This document shows, one piece after another, positions 1 to 12,651 of a DNA stretch of 64,000 bases. Under the pieces are notes generated by a model that worked only from the letters and a program-made list of their open reading frames with translations, was not told the DNA's origin and did not search any database. The number at the start of each line of letters is the position of its first letter. Position 1 is the first letter of the stretch. The position numbers and the translations under genes are program-made. This stretch comes from Owenia fusiformis (Eukaryota), in NCBI GenBank assembly GCA_903813345.2, contig CAIIXF020000001.1, forward strand, positions 29,574,001 to 29,638,000, given 5' to 3'.

Positions 1-573
1 ATGTCCCATATAATCAATTCCTCCAGGATTGGGGAGCCATCCACGCACAAGTCTTACTATACAATCTGGCATGATGTCTCTTCTGTGTCCATGATATACA
101 TATAAGTTTCTCCTCGCATCCGTCTGCAGTGCCAATTGTTTTTTTGAAACATATCGAGGGTGCCTCCATGCACCTCTATGTTGCAGCATCACCCAGAATT
201 TTTTGTAACATTTTTTTCTAGCTGTTGAATTCCTTTCATGAGGCTCACTGGTTTCTGTTTGCCACCACAACTGTCTAAACTGTTCTGATGTGCAACACGG
301 GGCACAAAAACAATGTGGGCATTCATCAGTACCCAATACTGGTGGAAATATCGGAGGGCCCAATGGATCATTATCGTCACTGTCTACATCCATGTCAGTT
401 TTAGTCTCGACTGGTTGGCTTGATTGTTCACTATTTTCACTTTCCAAATGTTGCTTCAAATCTTCAATACCAGCTTCTTTCACAGTGATGCCACAATGCT
501 CTAAAAATGTTCGTATTGCAAGTTCTTCTGTTTCATCAGTCCATATGGCAAATATATAACGTTTTGCAGACAT
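1..573 (-). CDS. KolX-like accessory protein of a Kolobok-type transposon (3'-partial, runs off the window start)
   Basis: Manual translation from ATG 573 is open for 191 codons to the window edge: MSAKRYIFAIW...ECPHCFCAPCC...RNSTARKKCYKKFWVMLQHRGAWRHPRY...RRDIMPDCIVRLVRGWLPNPGGIDYMGH. The Cys cluster, R/K..Y..F and R..MP.C....R...P.....Y.G pattern resembles KolX and the P2X7 C-terminal domain. It is divergent from the transposase. It is missing from the ORF track because the stop lies outside the window. Confidence 0.78.
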   Translation of the reverse strand, partial: MSAKRYIFAIWTDETEELAIRTFLEHCGITVKEAGIEDLKQHLESENSEQSSQPVETKTDMDVDSDDNDPLGPPIFPPVLGTDECPHCFCAPCCTSEQFRQLWWQTETSEPHERNSTARKKCYKKFWVMLQHRGAWRHPRYVSKKQLALQTDARRNLYVYHGHRRDIMPDCIVRLVRGWLPNPGGIDYMGH

Positions 574-1650
574 TTTTGCATGGAACAAAAAATGATTATA
601 AGTAATTGTTTATATGCTGGTTCTGATAAGAGTTTTGAATATACTGTTTATAGATAGTGGGGATGGTCACATGAGATTCTACTTCTAATACAAGTCAAGC
701 TAAGTTCAAAATACCATATTCATTCTATCAAAATACTTGCACACTTTTCAGGATAATGCAAACCAGCAAAAATAAGTAGTTTGGGCACATTTTGGAACAC
801 TTATGGTAATTCATTAGAAATTGCTAAAAGAGCAGTGGTAGGTAAATGGGACCTTATGGCTATGTGTTGACAGACTTATGAAGACATTTCACAAGTGTGT
901 ATCAAATTAAAGTTAGATTATCATCATTCAAAGTCTTTTTCAATGGCAGATCCCTTGATCTTTTCGTGTCTGTTCCATGGATCTGTAATCTTCATCCCAT
1001 AATCAGACCATTACTTGTAGATTTAGACCAGCATGATCACTTGTAATGTTCTGGATAGCTACCTCCTATGGATCATCATTATCTAACCGAGGGTGTACCA
1101 CTTAGTACTCCACTTGATTAGCTACACTATAAGCTATAATAATTAATATAATAGACCATATAAATTCACATTACTCTATATCAATAAGGCACACAAATGA
1201 AAGTTGACATTTTTACTAGCCATGGATGAACACATTCTGATGACCCCTTGGATTTGCCTCAAGTCTCTGGTCACCCCCCCCCCCCCAGGATCACCCAAAC
1301 TTAATAGTAAACTATAAGATCTGACAACATGAGTAAGGAATGATGCAAGCTGGATGACAATAACTTGTTTGACATTGCTTAGTTACCAAATGGTGCGAAA
1401 GTAAGATCATTCTTGCATAAAAATGAAATGACTAAGTTAATATTTAGTTCCATGTACAAAAGTTACTTTCCTGTGTACATTTACAATTTCACCAGATCAT
1501 TGGTAAAACTGAAGAGAAGAAATCTTATCAAATGACACATCCCTGAGAACAAATCTGTCAAAACTCAAAAACCAAAACCAAGCACTTTATCAGTGATTTT
1601 CTCCTGAATAAGACATATCAATAAGCATATAAGCAAAACTATCAAAGAAA

Positions 1651-3264
1651 ATGAGTGAAGAAAAGAAATTCTCTAATAAGGGGTTGACCTTTCAACTCTA
1701 TCTGAGAGGAAATGAAGTAAGAAAAAATGAAGTTCTTAGAAAAATGAGATTCCTCAAGGAAAAATCGCTTTCTAAAAAGTTGTCAAATAACACTGACGTA
1801 ATTGAAGAGGCCCTTGATTTTTGGATTAAAAATCATTCAAGAGAAACTGAAATGGCACAATCAGCATCGCAATTGGTCATCAATCAGGACTTTGTACCAC
1901 TTCAACCATTTTCCTCTGTTTCTAAGGATGACACAAACGAATTGATGTTTTTAACAACAACAAGTGCCATAAACCTTCTTGTAGCACAATCGAGTCATCA
2001 CCAAGAACTATGTAACTCCACTCTTCAATGGGAGAACAGTACAATGCATGGGCACGTCGCCATTGCTAATCTTAGATGTGAGCATGGACATAATATAAGA
2101 TGGACTTCATCCCCATACATGGCAAATGCTCATTTTCTTGTTAATTATAGAGTGTTCCATGGTTATATTACATCTGGGATGATACCTTCAAAGTATGAAC
2201 GATTCTCTGAAGGTGCTAACATTGGCACCATGTCCCAAAGCTATTTGGACAATCTTACAAAGGAGTTCGCCAATATAATTAAATCTTTGAAAAATGAATC
2301 ATCTGAGAACGCTGTCCAGTTGGAAATTGGGATGTATCCAAACTAAGAAGAAGGAATTACCATCATGACAGATGCTAGACACGGTTGCAGAAAGAACGCT
2401 AAAGACTGTGATATAGTTTGCATTGGTGAAAAAACTCATCAAGTCTTGCATTCAATCCATGTTACAAAGAGAGATGATCCCTGTTCACAGCGACATGAAA
2501 CATTCGGCACACGCAGAATGTATGATGATTTTGAGAGGCAAAATGTGTCTATTGGTACACACGTTCACGATTGTAATGGTGCTGTGAACTGCCTTGTGAG
2601 AGATACTCAGATATTTACGGACAACCAAAATGACTCATGGCACGCCTGCATTGCTTTGAAGAAGCAAATTCAAAATGTTGCATCAGGGCCCAAGTATAAG
2701 CATGGTCAATCATGGCATGCTCAACTGGAAGATAAACCAGAAGCAATAAGGAAATTTGCTTATACAGCCATGAAAAATTGTGGCGAGAATGCAGAAACAT
2801 TGAGAAACATGCTGGCAAATATGACTGAACATTTCCAAAATAATCATCAAAACTGTTTTGATCAATCTCGCTGTCGACTAGATCCAAACTATGAACCAAG
2901 TACAATTGTTGTGAGAAACGATGTTGCTATTCGACTATTAAATGATACAATTAAAAAAAGCACAATCTATAAAAATGCACATAATTACACAAAGGCGCTT
3001 TCAACAGCATATGTTGAAAGTTTTAACAATACACTAAACATGTTCCAGGATAAACGGATTTACTTTCAAGATATTCAATATGAAATGAGGACAAATTTAG
3101 CTGTATTATACTGGAATGAGAATGTGGACAGGGCTTATACAAGCTTGTTCGAATCAGAAGCCCCAGACATTCCCTTCAAGCACCCCAAAAAAGTTCTAAC
3201 AAAACCAACATATTCCTTCAGAGAAAACATTTGGGAAAAACTGATTGAATCAGTTTATACCTAG
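1651..3264 (+). pseudogene. DDE transposase (Kolobok-like) interrupted by one in-frame TAA at 2344-2346
   Basis: ORFs 1651-2346 and 2365-3264 share a frame (..GMYPN*EEGITIMTDARHG..) and fuse to about 537 aa. Motifs: HxxxC...CEHGH zinc-finger-like, TDARH (D1), HVHD (D2), NDSWH (DxxH), TAYVESFNN (E). Confidence 0.8.
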
Positions 3265-3972
3265 AACCAAAGGATCATATACAACATTGAATCAAAACAT
3301 ATTTTGGATTTTTATATATTTGGATATTCATCTTCAGTTCTGGATTACTTGAATAATGGTCATGAACTGGTAAGTAGGCACATTTTGTCTATCACTTCAT
3401 AACAGAACCACATGCTTTTGTTTACTTGTCATGACCTTTGACCTGAGAGCATAACATATTATTGGTCAAGTTCAAATTAAAGCCACATCCCACTGCGAAT
3501 ATTTAATGAGACATTTAAAATATTTCTTTTCAAGTTTGCTTGAAATATACTGGATAAAATTGGAATATGATTCGACATTTCTATTCTTTATGGTTTAATA
3601 CATAACTGTTAGAAATTTGGATGACTGGAAGTTCCTAGAAATCATGATATTGGCAAAATCAAAATAAATTTACTGGTTTCAGTGATTCAAACATTTTCAA
3701 CAGGCATAATTGGCTGTTCCAGGCTCTTCCATCTTCCTTTTATACCCGGTTTTCCCCTTTAAAAGCATTCATGCATGAACTAACCCATCCTGATAATGTG
3801 TGGGTTAGTACACACACTCATGCTTCAAAATTCCCAATGAAGAATGATACAGGCCCGGGGATGCAGGTTTAATTGCTTAAATAAATGATTTGTATAATAT
3901 ATATAAACATTAAGTAAGAATAGATGAAATGACATCTTGGAACTCCTCTTCCTCATTTAAAACTTGTAAATT

Positions 3973-6325
3973 ACGTTTGTGGAAGCCCAAGTATACTTGG
4001 CTACCCAACTATTCTGACTCTTGCCGAAGTGTTCTTACCTGACCCGAGTATTCCGAGTTTGCTAATTTTTTCAAATACACTCGATAGATGTCTTGTTTTT
4101 TATTTTGGTTTGTAACTTTGTACAATCAGCCTCCTCGGTCTTGCTTTGCAGCACAGGTTTCTCATATTACACATGACCTTAGATCTTGTGTCTCATGTTT
4201 CCAGTTGCAAAAAATCTTGATCTATTAAACAGACATAAACATGTTTTCAACTATGTTTTAGAAGTGTTAATGTACTAGTATAGATTATAGTATTAAGCTT
4301 ACTTCTAATCTCGGCATGTTTGTGTTTATAGACTAATAAGAGACTTCTAACATAGATACAGATGAATTCATTGGGTGTATGGGAAAATAAACTACATAAA
4401 GAGCGCTGAGCAGGCTGATATAGTGACCAAGATTTAAATATTGAAAATTCATGTAGCTACATTTACTGAAATTCAAACATATTTTATCTGATAAATTCAA
4501 CGCTAATTGAATATTTTTTTGTCAACTCTAGCCTTCTCAGGTTTGATGTTTTTGTCAAGCTCAGCCGACTTCTCCTAGAAAGTTTACGAATTACATATGT
4601 ATTTGCTAAATGCCAGCGAATAGGTGCAGGTTATGGTTAAAGATTTAATTGATACGCATCAAGGAGTGGGAGTCTACAAGTGGTGACATATTGTTATAGT
4701 CTCTAACTTTTTGTGGACGGCATTCTGTGGTTGGCGTTCGGCGCCTGTAACAAATGCCAGGGACGACATTTTGCATGTTAATGCTTTGTTAAAATATATT
4801 GCTGTCACTGTCACTAGCAAAGATGTCATAAAATCGTAACGAGGAAATCATTTTATTACTATTGGATTTTTGTTTTCAGGAATACTCTCATGTTTATTTA
4901 CACGAATAAAGGATCTAGTGCACCCTCCATTATGATCTCCCCATGAACAAAAATAAATTCATCTGAATTTTCGAAATGAATATACTGCTTTTATTATTAC
5001 ATTTATATGTACACTAGTATCCTGTTGACCTATATTCAGCACTGTATTGATGAATGGGCCACTTATTAGGGCCAATATTCAATCATAAAGTGTACAGGGG
5101 TAGAGATGCCAAATCAGGAAGTATTTTTTGTGTCTGTCAAAATCCATTTGCATCCTACACATCCCTACATCTTATCCAAATATGTTATGAATTAATGAAA
5201 CATAACAGTATAATCTTTGGATTTACAAAGTTATATGGCATTTCATAAGTGTAAAAGTTGCTTTTGAAGCATTTTTCTATAGCCATTTTGTAAGAAAAAA
5301 TGATGAAAAAATGTATAATCTTTTCATTTGAAGTATCACCTGAATCGATTGCAAACTTTATATTTGCACATCTGATGTGATATACCAGTTGTGTCATATT
5401 GTGAAATTATTTAATTTGCAATCGATTCAGGTCATAGTGTATTTAAAGTATTTTTGTGAAAATCAATAGAAACCAATGACCTTCATTGGAATCTGATGAT
5501 ATCAACATCTCGATGAAACACATACACCCTTGCTGAACTCAATGACCTCAACCTCAGCCCATGTGGGTCCAATCTTAGATATTTTCCGAAGTATTATGTG
5601 ACATTGTGTTCTTTATGTTACACCTAAAATGAATATTTTTGTTCATGGGGAAATCATAATGGAAAGTGCACTAGATCCTTTGGTCCAAATTTACATAAAA
5701 AGTAAAAAGCGCACAGAAGATATACAGTGGCTGTAAAAAATACTTACGTTCCAGGGACGGATCAGAAAATCAAGAGTAGGGGGTCCTAAATCTGAAAATT
5801 TGAGCCCAGTTTATAAAAACAGGCTCAAAATTAAAATAAATCATGCTCAGTAATGCCGAGTTGTTACCTTAATTGCTTAATTTATGTGGAGAGGGAAGAT
5901 TTTTTGCCCTATACGTTTTTTTGGCCCTCACTGTTTGGGGCCCTCCAGAGGGGAGGGTCGGGCCCCTGTCCTCCACCAGATCGACCATTGCGTTTTACCT
6001 TATGTATGATACAACACGCATATTCAATAATAGGGTCCTCCGCCCTTGTTATTTTTCTTAAATCAATGATAGTATGTTTTACATACCGAGCGGAGGTAGT
6101 CATTTATATCATTTATAAAAACATGAGTGGTTTCCAAATTAATTTCAGGAGCCATCTTTTGAATATACGTGGAATCCATTGACAAATGATTAAAAAACTA
6201 ATGCAGACATCTATTGAGTGTATTCGAAAAAATAAGTAAACCCAGAATACTTGGGTCAGGTCAGTATACTTCGGCAAGAATCAGAATAGATGGGTAGCCA
6301 AGAATACTTGGGCCTTCACATACGT
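3973..6325. mobile_element. Non-autonomous TIR element with ~120-bp imperfect terminal inverted repeats
   Basis: 3973-4093 (ACGTTTGTGGAAGCCCAAGTATACTTGGCTACCCAACTATTCTGA...) is the reverse complement of 6205-6325 (...TCAGAATAGATGGGTAGCCAAGAATACTTGGGCCTTCACATACGT). No convincing TSD. Confidence 0.75.
4910..5679. mobile_element. Nested MITE with AGG...CCT (Kolobok-like) termini
   Basis: ~46-bp TIR: AGGATCTAGTGCACCCTCCATTATGATCTCCCCATGAACAAAAATA versus TATTTTTGTTCATGGGGAAATCATAATGGAAAGTGCACTAGATCCT. Flanks ATAA/TTGG are not a clean TTAA duplication. Confidence 0.72.
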
Positions 6326-6541
6326 TCATGTGACCTTTATGGTAACAAACGACAAAACTAAAAGCTAATAGGCCTTAAACATTCATTTTTGAACTAGATA
6401 ACTTTTCATTAATAAATAGATGGCAGACATGTAGGTGGAACTAAATAGCTGAATTAGCACCCATCTACTACAGTAACTTCACTTCCCCCATGTATTAATA
6501 GTCTGTCTTATTGGATCTCATGTGATGTTATTACTTCATAG

Positions 6542-9500
6542 GCGGGAGGAGGAAGAGTGCGGTTGAGCTGCTAGAGGCTTCGAAACATCAATACGTGAAG
6601 TCATCCACGGTTCTCCAGAGCAGACAGAGACTTAGCAATAGTGAAAACTTACAGGTCGGGAACAGGTGAGTCACAACGAGATTCAATTTTCGGAGTTTTT
6701 CTCTCGTTGGTTCAGTGATTTTATCTTTTATATGAATTTTTATTGTATAATTGACATGGTTAATTTAAAAATGGCAGAACAAGTAACTATAGCTGTCTGG
6801 GGCAGGCCTGATGACTGATGGCTTGGTGTTTCCATCTTTATTGCTCCACTTTTGTAGTCATTTTTAAAATGTACTAGGAGAGCCTTATATTGTGTATAAA
6901 ACTTTAATTTAAACTCATGCGATTTTAATTATTATTTTATTACGTAAGAACAAATGTACCGCTTAATGTTTATAATAAATTCATAGACAGCGACGGATTT
7001 ATTTGAAATTACAGTTATGGCATTTCTCCCTCTGTCTGATTATGGTCATTACAAGTAAAGTTTGCATCGATCATCCTTTATTCAATTACATCAGAGATAT
7101 CATCAGAATATTTCACCGTAACTTATCTACTTTTCGGCTTATAGGATCCTCAGGGGAGGTTAGGTTAGATTAATGTTTCATATTTTCTAATGTCTCTCTG
7201 CTCTATGACTAACCTGTATGTGCTCCGAGATTGATACCTTCATAGAATAAACATGTTTTCTTAACCAAATTTGTTTTCACATTTGTATTGGGTTATGGCA
7301 TGCCAACATGTATATGTTTGAAGCTGAATCTTTTTATAATCTTTCATCTACTCCCAGATCTTTATCTCTTACATAAAATACATATAACAAGTAATTGTGT
7401 CCATTATGTTGATTATTTGTAAACCATTTGGAATGGTTCATGAAATAGTTAAATTATTGTTGTAAGACAGGTACTTTACTTTATATTACATGGACATTCA
7501 TTAAAGTGATATTTAATGTTATTGTATTCATTGGTTTTGATATGTTGAGTGGTATCGACCAGCAAATGTCTTTAATATCAAATTTAATATCAAAATGATA
7601 TTTGTTTTGAAAAGGTAATCATTCAGTGTTCGATAATAATTTCCCATGGGATAACAGTTAAATAGTGCCCCTGTTTTTGAAAATTTATCATTTACCACTC
7701 TTTTTCCGCATTTACTCAAGGAGATATTATATCTGCTATAGATATTAATGGTATTTTTTCAAATCAATAGACTATACCTCTAACATTCTATACCATCTCA
7801 ATTTTCTTGATAGTTTGCATTCATGAAATATACTACCCATGATTTGTGATAATAAATTCCTGTTGTAATAGTTGTACTCCCTTTGATTAAGAAAATCCAT
7901 TGTACATGAGTGATGGAACTTGAAATATTGAACAATTTTTTGTAAAAGCCTGTTCATCAAATAATAATATATTTTCTCTTTCCTTTGTACCTTGTAAATA
8001 TTTATGAATCTTTGACAGTACAACAAGATGTTTTGAAATTGTCTATCAGGGGTTTCAAAGGAAACTTTCTTTGATTCATATTACACCCTGGTTTAATTAA
8101 AACATTGGCTCTATTCGATCTCCTTGCATTCCAAATGAGCTTTCAATTGAAAGGGAAAATTAAAGCCTATTGATTATGGGTTCAGTTTTGTCTGAAGAGC
8201 GATGTTTGTGACTGAGATTGAACATTTATCACACAAGTAGAATTTGAAGGACTCGAGGGAGACTTAGCAACCTGTTTTCTTATGTTTGACACTTCCAGGG
8301 CAGCTGTCTAGGTGACGTGAAATCTAGCAATTTTTTATAAGAGGTTTAAAGTACACTGAGAAATTCTGGGTGCTACTGCCTCTTTGGAAGAGAGCAGACG
8401 CAAGCATTTGATAAAAATAGACTCTGATAAATCAGAATAACATATTTATATTTTTATGTCATAATCCTTTGATCGCCAACTTATGTTCTGTCAAAATGTA
8501 TTTGTAATTTATTAGACACACTCAATGAGGCAATGTTTTGTCAATGAGGCACAAAATCTTTGGTGAGGCATTTATTTCAACTGTTTAATACATTGCACAA
8601 GGCAAACGTGAACAATTTGTCTCATACGGTACAATGCATAAAGTAACATTTATGTCATCTAGATTCTAACATATTGTCTATCAATGATATTATAGCACTG
8701 CATTGCAAACATTTGAGCTGTTCCAATATGCAAATTGGAATTAAGGTTGAGGGGAAAGTGTCAAAAATAACTTGAGGCAAAATGCTGTTCGCAATATCTT
8801 CATATAAACTTTTCTCCAGTAGCTCATTATGCGAGTATACAATGATGGTAATTTTGAAATAATCTGAATTCAGAATGTATGGGGTTAATTACTTTGTACA
8901 AATTTTAACTTCTTACATTTTGTGTCTGGCGGCACTTCTGTCAGGCTGTTCAAGTTATGATAGATGAAAGCTTAATAAGAAAGTCATTCTGACCTGCTTT
9001 ATTGGGTATTAAGAAAAGAACATTATTTCCGACGTTAAGTCCAATTATATAAATGACACTATCCAGAAATAGGAACATAAAGTAGATATAAAATCACACC
9101 ATATTTGATATTAGATATTTCTCTGCGAAACCTTTTTGCAGCTTTGGAGTAGGTGTTCATATTTCTGACCCTTAATTCTAAGCTACAAAAATGAAAAACA
9201 TTGAAAGCCATCCACGTAAATAAAATGAAACTGAATGTTTAAATAGCTTGAAAAACATTGAAAGCCATCCACGTAAATAAAATGAAACTGAATGTTGAAA
9301 TAGCTTGGTTCGGCCTTACAAAATTGGGAAAGAATATGGGTTGAGCTATTATGGTTCACTGTATGTACAAGCACACAGTCATTTGATTTACTTTCAAAAT
9401 ACATCTTAAAGAGTTTATATAATCAATGTTGGCTAGAAGATTAATAATTCTGCACTTGTTCAGACAATTAATCATAGGCTTGTCTTTCCATTCCTTTAAT

Positions 9501-11261
9501 TTGAAATCGAATAGATTTTATTAACTATAAGAAACCTTAAAAGCTTATTTAGACCTGGTCTTCGAGCCAGCCATATTAAGTTTTTCTGAATAAAACCGTT
9601 TGCAAAGACGTAAATGGTCTCTAGGGTCAGTTATGTTCTGGTATAAATCTAATTGTTACGCATTAGAATGGAGATGAATATTGTGAAATTGCCTTGAGTC
9701 ATTAATGGGATCCAGATATTCTGATGAGGCTTCAGTTAGATGTTTGCTTGTTCGATGAGATAAATTACAGTCCAACCTCAACTGTTTGTCTTCTCTAATA
9801 AGCAACTCTGGTTTTTAACAGACAGATTCTAATTTTAAATTTTATGTCACATAGTTTTATAGTTTTTTGTGGATGCCGGTTGGCATTTGACGGGTGTCGT
9901 TCGGCATCTGTAACAAATGGCAGGTAGCGACATTTCGCATGCCAGTGCCTTGTTTAACTTTCCCACAAGCATTCATTTGATATTTGATGTCCAGGATATA
10001 TTAAGTATTTAATTGATTCTTATTATTTCAACTGAAATTGAAGTTGGAATTAATCAAAAAAAATTTACTGTAATTTTAATATGGAATGATATTAGAATAC
10101 TCCTTTATTGCAACGATTTTGTTCATTGATGAGTACAATGTACTTCCTTGTGTCAGATCTGATTTTTCAGTATTCGTTTTGTTATAATGTTTAGGCTGAG
10201 TGTTGCTGTCAATAATGAAATGCAAAACTGTACATATCATTTATTTTCCATTGTACTGAGATTAGAACCCTTTTATATCCTGAGGGAGTTTGAATAATGA
10301 TATCAATTCAGTGAAATATTTTAAAATGTCACATGGCATTGCCGAGTGTCATATGTAAAGAGCTTTCAATATATTCTATTTATAATGTTCTTCCAGACAT
10401 GCAAGGGGAGTTTACAACTTACAATATACACATAACCAGGACAACAACGCCCTAAACACAATACAGAGAAACAGAAGAGAGAGTCATTCCAACTCTATTG
10501 ACACCAATGATAATAACAATACACACAGTTCAGATGTTGATGACACAGATGGTGTAGATCACCATAGTGCATATCTAGATGACATTGAACCAACAGAACA
10601 ATCAGAAATGTCTCAGCAGCAGAGCTCTGATTCGCGTTATAATTTGCAAGTTGGATTATTGAAGCGCCCCATATACAGTAGCGAAGGGAGGATAAATCGT
10701 ATCGATTTAGTTCGGGATTTGGACACAAGAGTGACATGGCGTGACAGTCACACTGATACAGCCTCTGAAACAGACAGCTTCAAAGGCGATGTACAAACTG
10801 ATTCAGCCAGCAAAACTGATGATGTCATAGTACGTCGACGTCCCAAAACATCGAATATCATACGTTCCAGATCTGATCTTAGTCACCGCCATTCCCATAA
10901 CAGTTGTGATCTCTCAGAGGGGAGTTCGAAGATCTCACGAAATAGCGCTGATCTTGATAAATTCTTTAATGAAATGGGACTCGATAGAAGGGTACTTGAC
11001 CCAATGTTAGGAGGAAAATTGGATAAGATTGAATGCGTGGAAAGTATGAGTTCATTAAACTCGCGTTGTGCTCGAAGCCAATGTAGCGATGTTAGTGAGT
11101 CTAAATTGAGTGATAATGTATTAGCTCTACCAGAAGAGGCGACCTCAGCGACACCAGAACGTAGAAGTTCCTGCCACACATCAATTATAGAGAAAAATGC
11201 TCGTATTATAAAATGGCTATGTAGTGTTAAAAAGGCTAGATCTCATAGTACATCAAACTAA
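6542..11261 (+). CDS. FAM110: FAM110 family protein, join(6542..6665,10397..11261), 5' exon(s) not located
   Basis: Exon 6542-6665 (cataG|...AG|gtgag) encodes RRKSAVELLEASKHQYVKS (FAM110 N motif). A phase-2 splice to ttccag|10397 keeps frame with ORF 10608-11261, which has RSRSDLS, DLDKFFNEMGLD and SIIEKNARIIKWL (FAM110 C motifs). Confidence 0.9.
9192..9307. repeat. Tandem duplication, 2 x ~57 bp (intronic)
   Basis: TGAAAAACATTGAAAGCCATCCACGTAAATAAAATGAAACTGAATGTT starts at 9192 and again at 9249. Confidence 0.9.
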
Positions 11262-11557
11262 AGGGATAAGCTTGTAGCTAGTTCCCCGCAGGGACAACTG
11301 CTGGAGTAAAAGAGGCTGAAAACTGTTATTCCCTTGTTGCACACAAAATACTGGCATCAAATTATTCTTACAGTGCAGTCTGGCAATTCTGATCCTATGA
11401 AGTAAATGATATTGATTATTTTCCTATTTCCAATGAAACAAACAGTATCATTAATTGAAATGTATTACTTCAGTGCCAAACTTTTCTAAAGTTAACTGTT
11501 CGATATTAAGAAGTAACAAATCATTGTATGGTTATGTCTCTTTTTCCATATTTTAGT

Positions 11558-12303
11558 ACCCTAACCAGTGAAAGGATAGGTATCGATATGGTGAACCAAA
11601 TTCAACAATGTTATTGAAAACATTCTGTAAAAAAAACACGGTCCTTTATGTAATGTTGACTGATTGGCAACAAAATTAATGCGAAAATTATTTATATATA
11701 TTTTATATAACTGTTTTTGTTAACATTTTTTGTTTTTTAGTGCAATGGTTTTTTGTTCCTTTCTACCAATTTTTGAGAATGAAGTAAAATGTCTTTCCGA
11801 ACTTTGTTAGAACAAAATAGCATACACAACATTTTCTTAGACCTCTCAATATTATAGTTATACAAAGGAAATTTTGGTTGATTTGACAAAAAGTATGCAT
11901 AAACTTAAAACAGAACCCCCCAAAATAGTTAAAAATTAAGATAAACCTTTTATTTCATGAACAAGATACTTTTTTAAAATCAACCAAACTTTCGTTTGTA
12001 CAATTACAATATTGAGAGACCTAAACACATTGTGTTTATGTCGTTCTGTTCCAATGAGGTTCGGATAGATGTTTCATTTCATTCCAAACATATGATACCA
12101 ATAACAAAAGGAGTGTCTGATGTGTTTTCTAAAACAATATAGAAAAAAGTATTTATATGTATTTCAAATTATAATGTTACCATCCAAAAGATGATCATTA
12201 AATTGACGATCGTGTAAAATTTTCAGAATGTTTTGATTACTGGTTTAAGAGAAATATGTGTCCAAAAAGTTCACCACATCGATACCACTCCTTTGTATAG
12301 GGA
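11558..12303. mobile_element. Degenerate fold-back (palindromic) MITE downstream of the FAM110 stop
   Basis: GGTATCGATATGGTGAAC (~11580) pairs with GTTCACCACATCGATACC (~12270). CTCTCAATATT...TACAAAGGAAATTTTGGTTGATTT (~11842-11885) pairs with AAATCAACCAAACTTTCGTTTGTA...AATATTGAGAG (~11977-12018). Confidence 0.7.
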
Positions 12304-12480
12304 TAAAGAGAAGTCATTTATTCATTTGCTTATCCATTGTTTATATGTCCATCCTTCTAATGGAGAAATTAATCAAGTGCTTGTTCTCTGATTTGACTTT
12401 GATTTATAGGACGGTGCATGGGCAAAGCATATCTGGTACATGGAGAAAGAATTTTCAAAAAGCTGGTGTATTTGCCTTTG

Positions 12481-12651
12481 CAATGAAACCTGTAAAGTGG
12501 AACACCTCTAGAAGTGGAACGCCTTTGTGAAACACTTCAGAGCCCCAAGTCCAACTTACTTAATCTTAAATGAACCTCTATAAGTGGAACACTTCTCAAT
12601 TGGAACACTTTTTAGAGGTACCAAAGGGTTTCACTGAGATAGGTTTTACTG
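12481..12651. mobile_element. Tc1/mariner-type MITE family (CAGTAAAACCT...AGGTTTTACTG, internal AAGTGGAACAC repeats)
   Basis: Related copies or fragments at ~32627-32868, ~35506-35687, ~39596-39772, ~47570-47766 and ~58893-58975. Confidence 0.65.

Larger units (their letters stand above)
1..3758. mobile_element. Kolobok-superfamily DNA transposon (possibly KolobokP lineage); left end outside the window
   Basis: Divergent KolX-like and DDE genes. Candidate right terminus ...CCGGTTTTCCCCT (3758) followed by TTAA (3759-3762) fits the Kolobok YY end and TTAA target. This boundary is unconfirmed. Confidence 0.62.

Noticed and set aside
189-559. ORF-track entries 189-380 (-) and 290-559 (+)
   Set aside because: Alternative-frame or antisense shadows of the KolX-like ORF.
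4910-5679. MITE as the right terminal repeat of the Kolobok element
   Set aside because: It is nested in another TIR element, lacks a TTAA flank and is 1.6 kb from the transposase stop.
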